A stretch of 63,404 bases of DNA from Gemmatimonas sp. (GCA_031414535.1 JANNVQ010000027.1:1-63404); one strand, 5' to 3'. Shown: positions 9,395-20,391, counted from the stretch's first letter. Program-made: numbers and translations. Notes: generated from the sequence alone by a model not told the origin.

Positions 9395-10668
9395 GTCTTG
9401 AGCGGTCGCTTCCGCGCTGCCGGGAACAACACGTTGTTCAGGATGAGTCGGTACCCCGGCGAGTTGGGATGCAGCGCGAGGTCCGTGGGCGGCGCGCCGA
9501 TGGCGTGCTGCGGATCCTCGGGATCGTGTCCACCGAGGAAGGTGAAGGAGCCCTGCCCATAGCTGCCGTGGACGTACTTCACCCACGGCGCGCCCTCTTC
9601 GTGCGCGAGGACGGTCACACCAGGCTTCAGTGTGCGACGGGTGAACGAGGTCGTCACACCGTAGAAATCGCGCAGCACCGCGCGATGGTTCTGCACTAGC
9701 ATCGTCGCCACGGGGTCAAACTTTGCAGAAAAGCCAAACAACGTGAACGTGCCCAGCGGCTGACGTCGTGAGGGCACGTTCACCTGATGTCCGTCAATGT
9801 CGCTCATCGCGTTCACACCGGCACCGAACTCCAAACGCGCGTTCTCCATCGCAAAGGTGCGGTCCCATGCCATCTTCGATTCCGCATCGGGATCCATAGG
9901 CGTACCATCGGTGGAACCACCGGCGATGTCCACGTTGAGCGAGGCGACGGCGAGTTCGAGCGTCTCCGTGGCACCACACATCGCAAACAGGAATCCACCG
10001 CGGTCCACGAAGGCGCGCAGGCGGTCCGCCACCGTCTTCTTGAGCGTGGGGATATCGGCCAACCCATGCCGCCGCGCCATCTGCCCATCGCGCTCACGCG
10101 CCTGCTGGAACCACGGCGCATCACGGAAGCCCAGGTACAGCTTGTGCTGCTGGCCCGTGAAGTCCTCGTGATGCAGATGAATCCAATCGAACTGCGACAG
10201 GTCCGTGGACATCACGTCCTCGTCCCAGATGCTCGTGTACGGAATGCCCGCGTAGGTGAGGGCCAAGGTGACGGCGTCATCCCAAGGCATCGTGTTGGGC
10301 GGCGTGTACACGGCAATGCGCGGGGCTTTGTCCAGCGGCACCGCGTCCATGTTGCCATCGGAGATGTCGCGGCGCAGCCCTGCCACGCGCGATTCGTCCA
10401 AGGCCTCAAAGCTCACGCCGGCGAGCAAGGCCGAGCGGCGCAGACCAGGGAGGTCCGGAATCAGGAAGCTTCCGCCGCGATAGTTGAGCAACCACTCACT
10501 CCGGACGCCATCCGTGAGCGCGGTGAATGCAATACCATAGGCCTTGAGATGGTTGGACTGCGCATCGTCCATCGGGATCAGCAATTGCTGTGCCTTGAGC
10601 GGTGCCGTAGCAGCGACCATTGCCCACATCACCGCCAACAGCATCGTTGCGATTGCGCGGCGCATCAC
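9391..10668 (-). CDS. Secreted class-I glutamine amidotransferase-like protein (family often mislabelled asparagine synthetase B)
   Basis: Signal peptide; LIPMD..Q.NHLKAYG, WLLNYRGGSF, HLHHEDFTGQ, GGFLFAMC, GHDPED, SPGYRLILNNVLFPAA. Confidence 0.7.
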   Translation of the reverse strand: MMRRAIATMLLAVMWAMVAATAPLKAQQLLIPMDDAQSNHLKAYGIAFTALTDGVRSEWLLNYRGGSFLIPDLPGLRRSALLAGVSFEALDESRVAGLRRDISDGNMDAVPLDKAPRIAVYTPPNTMPWDDAVTLALTYAGIPYTSIWDEDVMSTDLSQFDWIHLHHEDFTGQQHKLYLGFRDAPWFQQARERDGQMARRHGLADIPTLKKTVADRLRAFVDRGGFLFAMCGATETLELAVASLNVDIAGGSTDGTPMDPDAESKMAWDRTFAMENARLEFGAGVNAMSDIDGHQVNVPSRRQPLGTFTLFGFSAKFDPVATMLVQNHRAVLRDFYGVTTSFTRRTLKPGVTVLAHEEGAPWVKYVHGSYGQGSFTFLGGHDPEDPQHAIGAPPTDLALHPNSPGYRLILNNVLFPAARKRPLKT

Positions 10669-12383
10669 TGGTTCTCCGCGCGCGTGGGCGGAAGCGCTGC
10701 CAACTCACGGCGGGCCTGCGGAACGAGTGCACTCGAAGGATAGGTCAGAATCAAAGTCTCAAATTGGGTACGAGCCTCAGGGATGTTGCCGCGCCGCTTA
10801 AGAAGCCGACCCCACTCCAGCCGCGCCTCCGCAGCTTCGGGTGCCGCTGTGAACGCCTCGGCGACCCGCGTCCATAAAGGTAAGGCACGCGCATCGGCGC
10901 CTCGTGAGGTCTCGATCCGCGCCGCCATGGCAATCAGTAAGGGAGCCGCATCGCTGAGTTCTTCGGAAGCACGCACGAACTGCGATACCGCCGCACTCGA
11001 GTCCGCCCGTGCCAAGGCAAGGAAGGCGGCGCCAATACTGCGCGAACGCTCGGCGCGCGTGCGCGTGAGCAGAGCCAAGGCCTGCACCGCCTCGGCGGCT
11101 GCGACATCACCAAAGCGTAGAGCCCGACGCGCCGTCACAAGATCACCGTCGTACAGCGCGAGCCAGCCCCCGACAGCGTCGTCGGCATCGAGCGTGGCAT
11201 CAGCCAACGCCGCGCGGGCGCGCGCGATGTCGCCGGCCCGAATCCATGCCCAGGCGATGGTGCGCGCGAATCCGCGCGCGCGCGTGCCAATCTGCGGTGC
11301 CACCGCCGCCAAGGTCCGCTCGGCCTCCTCCGCACGACCCAAGCGCGCCAAGGCCTCAAGCTCGATCCCGACCAATTCAAATCGCGGCGATTCACCCGGC
11401 GTACGGGCGGCGCGAGCAAGAAGCAGCGCAGTCTCGGGGTCGTTGGAACGCATCGCTGCGATGGCACCGCGCTCAGCAATTGCAGGCGATGGCTTGGCGC
11501 GCTGCACGGCAACTAAGGCATCGCGGGCGGCACTCCAGGCTTGCACGCGCTCGGCTTCTTCCGCGTAGACGCCCCACACATGGACGGCCGTGTCGGAGGG
11601 CGCGAGATCCTTCAGCACCTGCCAGCCCGCGAGCGGCGCGCCCCACCCTAGCTCCAGCAGGGCGAGCGAGTGCTGAGAGCCAATGGTCGGTGCGTTCGCC
11701 AGCAGTGCCGCGCGTATGGCATCGCGCTGGTCCGTAGGCGCAGGGCCAAGGGAGAACACCGCGGCCGCCTCGTAGTAGGGCTGGTCACGCATGGTCTCAC
11801 GCCAGGCGTCGGCCGCATCTTTCCAACGGCCCAGTGCGGCCCGCATCTGCGCGGCTTCGAGTAAGAGTTCACGCGTCGCGCCGAGCGCAACGGAAGCCTC
11901 CTGCAACACCGAGTCCGCAGCCGCTGCCCTCGAGTTGTACAGCAGGATGCGCGCGTAATCACGATACGGGGCGACATCCTGAGGCCGAAGCGTCCGCCAC
12001 GTTCGGAAGGCTGAATCCGCCTGCGCATCGCGACCAAGCACCACCAGCGTCCGCAGCTGCGCGCCTCGCAACTGGCCGTCGTTAGGCGTGAGCGGGATCA
12101 GTGAGTCGAGCAAGGGCACGAGGCGCACTTCGTCGCCTGTCATGCTGTACACACGCTCGAGGCCGAGCACCCCCTGCGTGGTGGCGCCAGCCTGCACGAC
12201 TTCGAGCCAAGCGGTGCGCGCCTGATCGTAGCGCCCCGCGTTCTCATGATCGATTGCCCGCGCGATGAGTGGCGCGGTCGCGCTGATTATCGCGGGGCGC
12301 GACTGCGCCGTGAGATTCGCCGCGAGCATCAAGACCAGCCCGGCGGTCGCAAGCCTCGGCGCGAGCACCAGATGGCGCGTCAC
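10665..12383 (-). CDS. Secreted tetratricopeptide-repeat protein
   Basis: Signal peptide, Ala-rich helical repeats, C-terminal A..EA..E.G...FE.LIL.YP.S.L...ARR. Confidence 0.8.
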   Translation of the reverse strand: MTRHLVLAPRLATAGLVLMLAANLTAQSRPAIISATAPLIARAIDHENAGRYDQARTAWLEVVQAGATTQGVLGLERVYSMTGDEVRLVPLLDSLIPLTPNDGQLRGAQLRTLVVLGRDAQADSAFRTWRTLRPQDVAPYRDYARILLYNSRAAAADSVLQEASVALGATRELLLEAAQMRAALGRWKDAADAWRETMRDQPYYEAAAVFSLGPAPTDQRDAIRAALLANAPTIGSQHSLALLELGWGAPLAGWQVLKDLAPSDTAVHVWGVYAEEAERVQAWSAARDALVAVQRAKPSPAIAERGAIAAMRSNDPETALLLARAARTPGESPRFELVGIELEALARLGRAEEAERTLAAVAPQIGTRARGFARTIAWAWIRAGDIARARAALADATLDADDAVGGWLALYDGDLVTARRALRFGDVAAAEAVQALALLTRTRAERSRSIGAAFLALARADSSAAVSQFVRASEELSDAAPLLIAMAARIETSRGADARALPLWTRVAEAFTAAPEAAEARLEWGRLLKRRGNIPEARTQFETLILTYPSSALVPQARRELAALPPTRAENQ

Positions 12384-15300
12384 GGCTTGGGGTCCGTGTT
12401 CAATCGCCTGAAGTACTCAATCACCATGCGGCGATCATCCGCGCTCAACCCGCGAAGTTCGTCCCAGGTGGGCACGCGGTACCGAGACCCCGGCGCACCC
12501 GTTGCTCTGCCATCAGGCGTCACACGGTCCGTGGTGCGCGCGGCCCGCGCCTCACGACGCTGGCTCTCCTCGCGCTGATCCTGCTCCAGCGAGCGACCCG
12601 CGTCGAGCATGCGTCGCAGTAACTGTTCCTGACGCGCCTTGGTCGTTGGATCTACCGCACCTTGATCAAGCGCCGAGGCCAATGCGCGCGCCTCACGCGC
12701 CAATTCCTGCGCGCGGCCCGTGGGATCCGCATCGGAAATTTCATCCAACTGTCGCGCCACCTCGCGCTGCGAGCGGGCCAACTCTCGCGCCTGCTGCGCG
12801 CGCGCGCCCTCGTTGCCCTGCTGGCCAGGCTGCTGCTGCGCGCCCGGGAGAATGCTTTGCATCTGTGCGTTCAAGCCACCCTGCTGCCGCGCCAGCTCTT
12901 GCATCTGCTGCAACATCTCCGCCACGCCGGTGGACGACTGACTGTTCCCTGCCCGCTCGCGGTCACGCGTCAACTGCGCCGCCGCCTGACGCAGCGCGTC
13001 CGCGGACTCACGCATCGCTTGCTCGGTCTGGCCCTGCCGTCCCTCCGCGGCCTCGCGCGCTGCTTGCGCGGAGCGCTGGCGGGCGCGCTCCATCAACTCC
13101 TGTGAGCGCTGCGAGACCAGCGCCGACTTTCGCGCCTCCTCGCTCAAACGTTCCTGCGCCGCTTGCACACCCTGTTGCAACGCCGATTGCTGGCCGCGTG
13201 TCTGGGCAGCATTGCTCTCGCCGCGGGCTTGCTGCGCGAGTTGATCCTGCTCGCGCGCGAGTTGCATCATCTCCTGCACTGAACGGTCGAGGGCTTCTGT
13301 AAGCTCAGCCTTCCACTCACCAACTTGACGCTCGCGCGCACCCGCCAGCGACTCGGCCGCCTCTTGCATGTCGTTGGCCGCCTGCTGCGCGGCCTGCGCG
13401 CTCTCTGGCGAGCGCCCCATGGCGTCAGCAGCGCGCTGGGCTTGCTGCGCCGCCTGCGCCGTGGCTTCGGCACCCGGACGCGCATTCGCTTGCTCGAGCC
13501 GCTGCGACAGTTGCTCTGCACTCTTCGCCAAGTCCTGGGCCATCTGCTGCATGGCCTCGGACTCCTCGCGACGCGGTGCGTCGCCGCGCGCGGAGTCGGC
13601 CATCGCGCGCTGCTGCTCCGCCAGGTCCTTTCCGCGATCCGCCAGCGTCTGCATCTGGCCCTCAAGCGCCGCGCGGCGCAGCATCTCGGCGCTGCGCTCC
13701 AACTGCTCGCGCATGCGTTGCTGCTGCTGCGCGAGTTCCTGCAGCGACTGCCGGGTGCGCGCGCCGTCGAGTTGTTGCGTCGCAGACTCCAAGCGCTGCA
13801 TGGCCGCCTGCATTTCCGGCGTCATCGCTTCGCGCATCATGCGCTGGGCTTCCTGCAACTGGCGCTGCAAGGATGAATCCAGTGCGCCCGCCTGACGCAG
13901 ACGCTCCTCGAGTTCCTGCGCCGCGTCCTCGAGCTGCTTCACCTGATCCTGCAGCGCGTTCTGTTCTTGCGCGATCTCCCGTGCGCGTTCGGCGCCCTCG
14001 TAGCCGAGTTGCTCACGTGGCGCGGCTTGGTTGGGCGTCGCGCCGCGGTTCTGGCCCGGCTGCTGTTGATCCTGCGGTGCACCAGGTTGAGCGGCCGTGC
14101 GCTGGGTCTCGGCGCCACGATCGCCGCGAGAGCGGGCCTCGTTGGCCGTGCGCTCAGCGAGCTCGGCCTGTGCACGCGCGGCGGCATCGGCGGCGGCCAC
14201 CGCCGCTTCCGCCGCGTCATCGGCGGCGTTGCGGGCTTCGTTGGTGGTGGGCACGCGAAGAATGAGCGGCGCGCTGAAGCTCTGGCGATTCCCTGGTGCG
14301 GCGTCGCGGGCGATGAGCGTAACTTCCACCGCCTCGCCCGGTTCGAGCCCGAGCGGCGCGAGGTCCAGCGTATGCACGCCGCTCCACAGCGCTTCGCCTC
14401 CGTCAGCGAGCGTCACGATTGCCGAGGCGCCATTGTCCGCGACTTCACGAAGGCGCAGGCTCACGCCGCGCAGTCCGTAGTCGTCGGACGCCATGAGCTC
14501 CAAGGCAATCCGAGCCGTGCTCGCCACCATGCGCTCACCCTGCGGCGCGAGAATCTCCACACGCGGCAGCGAGTCAGGAATCACATCAATGTCCAAAGGC
14601 GCCGGTAAATCCTCAATGGCCTGCGCGGCCCCATCCACGCGCCAGGTCCACACACCACGCGCCATCGGCGCGATCACGCCGGCGAACTGCGTGCCAGTGG
14701 CAGGCAGGCGAAGCTGGCGTGACGACGACACCAGTACAGCGGCATTGAGCACCGATGACGCACGACCAGAAATGGCTAAGCGTGTGCCCGCTGGAATACG
14801 CATCGGCTCATCGGCGCTCAGGCGCTCGTCGCCGCGTTCCAAGTACGCGGGATACGTCGCGAGGATTGCGATGTCGCCCACAAACGGCCGATCCACCACC
14901 GCAATCTCGATGGAATCGCGGCCCGCGCGACCATCGAGCGCGAGCACCGTGAGATCCGCGTCGGCCGCTGGCAGCGTCATGGCCGCCGCACCGGTGGAAT
15001 CCACACTGAGCTGCTGTTCGCGCCAGCCCTCGCCGCGGCTGCGCCAGCGTAGCATCACGTCGCGGCGCCCAGGCGCCTCAATGCGAAGCAGGATCTCCGT
15101 GCCGCGCAGGGCGCGCGACGGCGCATCGGCAATGCGCAGCGGCGCCACCAAGGCACCTCGCCACGCATCAATCGGATGCAGTAGCGCCTGCCACCCATCG
15201 GCGCGACGGGCGTACGAGGTCGAGGCCAACACAAGTATCTGCACGGATGCTACGACGGCCAGCACCATCGCGCGCTGCACGCGCCGCCGTAAGCGCGGCG

Positions 15301-15694
15301 CCGGTCGCGACGTGGCGGCGGCAAGAGTGGTCGTCACTTGAGCCGTGGCAAAGTCCGCGAACACACTCGTGCCTTCAACCTCAAGCAGTCCCACCAGCGT
15401 ACCGCGCCGTAATCCCTGCTCGACCTCAATCGCTTCAGCGACCGCCCGAGGTGCCGCGCGCGATGCAAGACGGGCCCGCACGAAGCGTCCGAGCGCAAAT
15501 GCCGCCGCCACGGCGACGCCCCACGCCAGCAGTGGGAGCGCGCGAGGCAAGGACAACCAGGCACCGCCCGACAGCCAGCCCGCGGCCGCTGTGAGAGCGC
15601 CGAGCAACACGGCGGCGGGAAGCAGCGCGCCCACCACGGCCGCGCGCTGACGTAGCCGCTTCACTTCATTATGTACCACCGCGAGCGAACTCAT
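12380..15694 (-). CDS. DUF4175-like membrane protein with long Gln-rich coiled coil
   Basis: Three N-terminal TMs, Ig-like region with DxxPxV and ASDDYGL, Q/A-rich coiled coil, C-terminal EYFRRL. Confidence 0.75.
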   Translation of the reverse strand: MSSLAVVHNEVKRLRQRAAVVGALLPAAVLLGALTAAAGWLSGGAWLSLPRALPLLAWGVAVAAAFALGRFVRARLASRAAPRAVAEAIEVEQGLRRGTLVGLLEVEGTSVFADFATAQVTTTLAAATSRPAPRLRRRVQRAMVLAVVASVQILVLASTSYARRADGWQALLHPIDAWRGALVAPLRIADAPSRALRGTEILLRIEAPGRRDVMLRWRSRGEGWREQQLSVDSTGAAAMTLPAADADLTVLALDGRAGRDSIEIAVVDRPFVGDIAILATYPAYLERGDERLSADEPMRIPAGTRLAISGRASSVLNAAVLVSSSRQLRLPATGTQFAGVIAPMARGVWTWRVDGAAQAIEDLPAPLDIDVIPDSLPRVEILAPQGERMVASTARIALELMASDDYGLRGVSLRLREVADNGASAIVTLADGGEALWSGVHTLDLAPLGLEPGEAVEVTLIARDAAPGNRQSFSAPLILRVPTTNEARNAADDAAEAAVAAADAAARAQAELAERTANEARSRGDRGAETQRTAAQPGAPQDQQQPGQNRGATPNQAAPREQLGYEGAERAREIAQEQNALQDQVKQLEDAAQELEERLRQAGALDSSLQRQLQEAQRMMREAMTPEMQAAMQRLESATQQLDGARTRQSLQELAQQQQRMREQLERSAEMLRRAALEGQMQTLADRGKDLAEQQRAMADSARGDAPRREESEAMQQMAQDLAKSAEQLSQRLEQANARPGAEATAQAAQQAQRAADAMGRSPESAQAAQQAANDMQEAAESLAGARERQVGEWKAELTEALDRSVQEMMQLAREQDQLAQQARGESNAAQTRGQQSALQQGVQAAQERLSEEARKSALVSQRSQELMERARQRSAQAAREAAEGRQGQTEQAMRESADALRQAAAQLTRDRERAGNSQSSTGVAEMLQQMQELARQQGGLNAQMQSILPGAQQQPGQQGNEGARAQQARELARSQREVARQLDEISDADPTGRAQELAREARALASALDQGAVDPTTKARQEQLLRRMLDAGRSLEQDQREESQRREARAARTTDRVTPDGRATGAPGSRYRVPTWDELRGLSADDRRMVIEYFRRLNTDPKP

Positions 15695-16416
15695 CGGCCC
15701 ACCCCGCTGGTGACGGCATACACATAGAGGTTCACGCCCATGCGCAGCGCCTGCTCGTGCAATGCCGGCGGATCCTCAGGATAGGTGCCGATGTCCTCCC
15801 AGCCATTCCCGAGATCCGACTCGTGCGTGTAGTACACGGCCAAACGATCGCCAATGAAGATGCCGAGCCCGCGCGGTGCCTTGCCGTCGTGCTCGTGAAT
15901 CTTGGGAACGCCCTGCGGAAACGGATAGACAATCCGGTAAATGGGATGGTCAAGCGGAACATCCACCAACGGCCGATCCGGAAACACGCGCGCAATCTCG
16001 CGACGAAACGCCGCATCAAGCCCGTAGTTATCGTCCGCATGCAGGAAGCCGCCCTGCAACACGTAGTCGCGAAGCCGCTGCACTTCCCGATCGCTGAAGC
16101 GAATCTGGCCGTGCCCCGTCAAATAGATGAACGGATGATCCCAGATGCGCTCATCACCGAGCGTGAGTCGCACTTCCTGCGGCTCCACGTTCAGCGTGGT
16201 GCGGGCGCGCAGCGCCTTAATGAGATTGGGCAGGCTCGAGGGATTCGCGTACCAGTCATCGCCGTCGTACTGCAAGCGCGCGACGGTAAGCCGCGACGTC
16301 GCGCTCGTAGCGGAGCGTTCGCGACTGGGCGTGAACGCCACGAGCACGAGTGCCGCTGCAATCGCCACCGCCGCGCGCAGACCGCGCTCGGGAAACCGCG
16401 AGGAACCCGGCATCAC
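15691..16416 (-). CDS. DUF4159 domain protein
   Basis: ARLQY.GDDWYANPSSL.NL, HPFIYLTGHG, GGFLHADDNYG, DLGNGWED, ALRMGVN. Confidence 0.9.
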   Translation of the reverse strand: MMPGSSRFPERGLRAAVAIAAALVLVAFTPSRERSATSATSRLTVARLQYDGDDWYANPSSLPNLIKALRARTTLNVEPQEVRLTLGDERIWDHPFIYLTGHGQIRFSDREVQRLRDYVLQGGFLHADDNYGLDAAFRREIARVFPDRPLVDVPLDHPIYRIVYPFPQGVPKIHEHDGKAPRGLGIFIGDRLAVYYTHESDLGNGWEDIGTYPEDPPALHEQALRMGVNLYVYAVTSGVGR

Positions 16417-17261
16417 GACTCGTGCGCCAGACGGTAGGCGAGGTTTCGCGACGCGCCCGCGGCCAGCAGCGCTTGCTGGATCTCGCGCGCGCTCTTTCCT
16501 TCGGCGCGCAGCGAGGTCGCGCGCGCCACAAGTGCCCCATCCTCCGGCGCCCCATCGGGCGCGCCCGCCACTAGCATCACAATCTCTCCGCGCGGTTCGT
16601 GCTCTCCGTAGTACGCAGCGAGTTCGGCTACCGTTCCGCGCCGGAACTCCTCGTACTGTTTGGTCAGTTCCCGGGCGACCACCGTTGCTCGCGGGCCGGC
16701 GCCTGCGGCCTCGAGGTCCTTGAGCGTATCGGCCAAGCGGGAAGGCGCCTCGTACAGCACCGCCGTGTGCGCCAGCGCCAAGACCTCGCCCAAGGCCTTG
16801 GTCCGCTCCCCGCCCTTGCGAGGGAGAAATCCAAAGAACGTGAAGCGGTCGGCGGCGAGACCGGCTCCAGCCAATGCCGCCAAGAGCGCCGACGCACCCG
16901 GCACCGGCGACACGGTCACGCCGGCCAAGATGGCCGCGCGCACCAATCTCGAGCCCGGGTCTGAGAGCAACGGCGTTCCGGCGTCGCTCACGAGCGCAAA
17001 GGACTCGCCCGCGACGAGACGCGCCACAAAGCCCGGAGTGGCCTGCACTTCGTTGTGATCATGATAGGCGATGAGCGGCGTACGAATGTCGAAGCGCTCG
17101 CACAGCCCTCGCGTGTGACGCGTATCCTCGGCGAGCACCGCGTTCACGTTCTGTAGGACTTCGATGGCCCGCGGCGTGAGATCCCCAAGGTTTCCAATCG
17201 GGGTGCTTACAACGTGTAGCGTCCCAGGTGCGCCCTCGGCGCCTACCACGTCAGCTTCCAC
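16413..17261 (-). CDS. rsmI: 16S rRNA (cytidine1402-2'-O)-methyltransferase
   Basis: VSTPIGNLGD, AEDTR, LVSDAGTPLLSDPG, YEAPSRL, ARELTK. Confidence 0.95.
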   Translation of the reverse strand: MEADVVGAEGAPGTLHVVSTPIGNLGDLTPRAIEVLQNVNAVLAEDTRHTRGLCERFDIRTPLIAYHDHNEVQATPGFVARLVAGESFALVSDAGTPLLSDPGSRLVRAAILAGVTVSPVPGASALLAALAGAGLAADRFTFFGFLPRKGGERTKALGEVLALAHTAVLYEAPSRLADTLKDLEAAGAGPRATVVARELTKQYEEFRRGTVAELAAYYGEHEPRGEIVMLVAGAPDGAPEDGALVARATSLRAEGKSAREIQQALLAAGASRNLAYRLAHES

Positions 17262-18223
17262 GGGAGGGCGTCAAACAGCCCCGCGGCTTGGAAGACGTGG
17301 CGCCGGGACGCCGTCAGGTCACGGAGCACTTGCTCGGGCGTCGTCGAGTCTGGGCAGGCTGCCCAGAGAATGTCCGATGTCCACGCGGCAATCGCCTTGG
17401 TGAGCGTGGCCGCGTCGGTGACCGGATCTTTCACCGTCGGCACCGTGGGCGAGAAGCGCTCCAACATCGGATGCCGCGCCACGAGCGCGCGACGCGCCCC
17501 TTCAGTGACTTCGTCTGCGGATGTCTTGCCGCTCTCGCGAAGCCGAGCGCTCAATGCACCCACGAGTTCGCGATAGGCTTGAATGAGGGCCGGCGAGGCC
17601 TGAGCCGGCAGCTCGGGAGGAGTGGCCCAGAGGCGCACCGTGGGTGGAGCCGCGAGAATGCGCCCCTCGAGCAACGCTCGGAGATGGACCGTGATGTCGC
17701 CCGGACGCGGATCCACGAAATAGCCCCGCGCGGGCTTGCCGCCCACGATGGCCACGTAATTCACGGACCCGTCAGCCGTGACTTCGAGCAGGCCGTCATG
17801 TAAGGTCGCGTCCAAGTACGCTAAGACCGCACCCGGATCGGTCAGCGTCAGTTCTCGCGGCAGAGCGAGCGGTTCGCCCGTCTGCGTCGCGTACATCAGG
17901 TCCAGCTGTTCGTCCGTCGTCTCGTGAAAGCAAATGCTTCCATATTCGGCGGCAGTCGGCACTCGGCTGATTGCCTCGCTGATGGCGATCGGGGCGAAGC
18001 GCCGCCCATCAGCGCTCGAGGTGGCGGTCACCACCTCGCCCTCCTCTAAAAAGAGCACGAGCAACTCTTCCGGCATCCACACGGCGACATATCCAGACAC
18101 GCGCGCCGAACGGTCACGCTTGGCGTCGGTCAGGAGATTGCGCAGATGCACGTACGCCAAGCGGGTCCGCTGCAGCAGGACCCGCTTGGCTGGGTACCGA
18201 ATGGCGTCGCGGAGCGGTGGCAC
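17243..18223 (-). CDS. Hypothetical protein, possibly two DUF4388/PATAN-like modules
   Basis: SGYV...LVLFLEEGEVVTA and DGLLEV...YVAIVGGKP resemble repeated G-x-L-x...F-x-x-G patterns; co-oriented in the operon. Confidence 0.6.
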   Translation of the reverse strand: MPPLRDAIRYPAKRVLLQRTRLAYVHLRNLLTDAKRDRSARVSGYVAVWMPEELLVLFLEEGEVVTATSSADGRRFAPIAISEAISRVPTAAEYGSICFHETTDEQLDLMYATQTGEPLALPRELTLTDPGAVLAYLDATLHDGLLEVTADGSVNYVAIVGGKPARGYFVDPRPGDITVHLRALLEGRILAAPPTVRLWATPPELPAQASPALIQAYRELVGALSARLRESGKTSADEVTEGARRALVARHPMLERFSPTVPTVKDPVTDAATLTKAIAAWTSDILWAACPDSTTPEQVLRDLTASRRHVFQAAGLFDALPWKLTW

Positions 18224-18238
18224 CCGACGAGGCGGCGA

Positions 18239-18565
18239 CTACGCCGCGTGCTGCTCGAACTTCGCCGCGAGTGCCGGCTTCGGCACCGCACCAATGACCT
18301 GATCCACGAGCTTGCCGTCCTTGAAGAACAACAGCGTCGGGATCGAGCGCACCTGAAAGCGCATCGCCGTCTTCTGGTTGGCGTCAACGTCGAGCTTGGT
18401 GACCTTCACGCGACCGGCGAACTCCTCGCTCAATTGGTCGAGGATCGGCGCAATCATGCGGCAGGGGCCGCACCACGTCGCCCAGAAATCCACCACCGTG
18501 AGGCCCTGATGCGCCTCAACCTCGTTCGCGAACGAATCGTCCGTTACGTGCACCGTTTTCGACAT
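18239..18565 (-). CDS. trxA: Thioredoxin
   Basis: DFWATWCGPCRM, SIPTL. Confidence 0.97.
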   Translation of the reverse strand: MSKTVHVTDDSFANEVEAHQGLTVVDFWATWCGPCRMIAPILDQLSEEFAGRVKVTKLDVDANQKTAMRFQVRSIPTLLFFKDGKLVDQVIGAVPKPALAAKFEQHAA

Positions 18566-18668
18566 CGGTTCTCTCCAAGAGTCTCGGCCTCCGGTGCCAC
18601 GTGCCCGGACGCCATGGTAATGTTAAGCGCGTTCGGCCCGAAGTGCGCCCCCTCCGGCCCTCTCCGCA

Positions 18669-19091
18669 ATGTCCAGCCCCACGCCTGTTCCCACACTTCG
18701 CGGTACCCGCATCGCCCATCTCGGCATCGCCGTCGAATCGCTCGACGCGATTCTTCCGTTCTACCGAGACATTCTGGAGATGCCAGAAGTTCCGCTCGAC
18801 GACACCGACGGCGCCCGCATTACAGCGGTCGCGGCTGGCGATTCTCTCGTGGAGCTGCTCGAACCAGAGCAACCCGGTTCCCCCGTCGGGAAGTTCCTGA
18901 GCAAGCGAGGGCCAGGCATCCATCACATTTGCTTTGCGGTAGACGATATCGACGCGATGCTCGCGCGCTGCAAGGCGCGCGGCATTCAGCTGATCGACGA
19001 AATCCCGCGCCTCGGTGCCGAAGGCAAGCGCATTGCATTCCTGCATCCGAAGTCTACTGGCGGCGTGCTCGTGGAGCTCAGCGAGCACTAG
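18669..19091 (+). CDS. mce: Methylmalonyl-CoA epimerase (VOC family)
   Basis: HLGIAV, ELLEP, GPGIHHICF, FLHPKSTGGVLVEL. Confidence 0.9.
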   Translation: MSSPTPVPTLRGTRIAHLGIAVESLDAILPFYRDILEMPEVPLDDTDGARITAVAAGDSLVELLEPEQPGSPVGKFLSKRGPGIHHICFAVDDIDAMLARCKARGIQLIDEIPRLGAEGKRIAFLHPKSTGGVLVELSEH

Positions 19092-19576
19092 CCCTGCGGG
19101 GCCGCCTCCGAGCGCCCCGGCGGCACCGGCCGCACCATCGGCTCCGAGTTACAGAGCGCGCGCGCCGGACGCAGGTCGAGGTCCTCCACGTACCAGCGAT
19201 CGTTTCGCGAATTCTTGACCGTGGTGAACGGCACCGTGGCACGAGTGTTGCCCTTTGTGAGTTCAACACTCATCAAGATGCGCCCGGACTCTCCCATCTG
19301 AGGCGCGCCGATGCGAGATTCATTATGACGCAAATGACAATTGATGATCAAAAGGCGCCGCTCAAGTTCCTGGCGGTCCACCAAGTCGCGGGTCAGGGCT
19401 GTTTCATTGCCCCACACCGCGGAAAGCGCTTGGAGATCCTGGGCCTTGGCGGCACTGACGAAGGCTACGACGGCTTCCGTCGCGCTCGCAGCACCTGTGG
19501 CACCGGAAGGGACGGCCGCGGCGCGGCAGCCCACGACCACACTCAGCACCAACACAGACATTCCAAGACGTCTCAC
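19088..19576 (-). CDS. Hypothetical lipoprotein
   Basis: MRRL + hydrophobic stretch + VVGC lipobox. Confidence 0.65.
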   Translation of the reverse strand: MRRLGMSVLVLSVVVGCRAAAVPSGATGAASATEAVVAFVSAAKAQDLQALSAVWGNETALTRDLVDRQELERRLLIINCHLRHNESRIGAPQMGESGRILMSVELTKGNTRATVPFTTVKNSRNDRWYVEDLDLRPARALCNSEPMVRPVPPGRSEAAPQG

Positions 19577-19619
19577 GGCTCTCGCTCCTGATTCTCAAGA
19601 AAGGTGTTCAGCTTCATAT

Positions 19620-20342
19620 ATGCGCCAGCGGCTTCTCATCAACATTGACCATGTGGCCACCCTGCGGCAGGCCCGTAGGGCGTCCTACCCCGATCCCGTG
19701 GCCGCGGCCCGCATTTGCGAAGACGCGGGAGCAGACGGCATCACCGTGCATTTGCGTGAGGACCGGCGACACATCCAAGACGCAGACGTGGAGACGCTCG
19801 CAACTAGCCTGCGCACGCCACTCAACCTCGAGATGGCGGCCACCTCCGAGATGACGAGCATCGCGCTGCGGCTGGCGCCGCATCAAGTGACCATCGTCCC
19901 AGAGCGCCGCGCCGAAATCACCACCGAGGGCGGGCTCGACCTGTTCGCCGATCCGCCACGCCTCGAAGCCACACTCGCGGCGCTCCAGGTTGCTGGGATT
20001 CGGACCTCGCTCTTCATTGACCCGGACATGCGGCAGATTCAACGCGCCGCCGCCCTCAAGGTCCCGGCCATCGAGTTGCATACGGGCAAGTACTGCCATC
20101 ACCCCGAGAACCCCACGCACCTCGCCGCCCTGAAGCAGGCCGCGGCCGAGGCGAAGGCGCTCGGACTCGCCGTCCACGCGGGGCACGGCCTCACCCTCGA
20201 GAACGTCGGCCCAATCGCGGCCATCGGGGAATGCGAAGAGCTGAACATCGGCCACGCCATCGTGAGCCATGCCGTATTTGTGGGCCTCGAAACGGCGGTC
20301 CGCGCCATGCGTGCCGCGATGGACGTGGCGCGCCCCCGTTGA
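19620..20342 (+). CDS. pdxJ: Pyridoxine 5'-phosphate synthase
   Basis: [45 protein letters not shown]. Confidence 0.97.
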   Translation: MRQRLLINIDHVATLRQARRASYPDPVAAARICEDAGADGITVHLREDRRHIQDADVETLATSLRTPLNLEMAATSEMTSIALRLAPHQVTIVPERRAEITTEGGLDLFADPPRLEATLAALQVAGIRTSLFIDPDMRQIQRAAALKVPAIELHTGKYCHHPENPTHLAALKQAAAEAKALGLAVHAGHGLTLENVGPIAAIGECEELNIGHAIVSHAVFVGLETAVRAMRAAMDVARPR

Positions 20343-20391
20343 CCCGCACCCCTGCGTTGTCGCACCTTACCCGCCATTCCATGGAGATGCG

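Noticed and set aside
9391..10668. True asparagine synthetase B
   Set aside because: Has a signal peptide and lacks the N-terminal Cys (CGI) and SGGLDS motifs.
18146..19591. 481-aa + strand ORF
   Set aside because: Shadow ORF overlapping trxA, mce and a lipoprotein; Arg-rich, no motifs.
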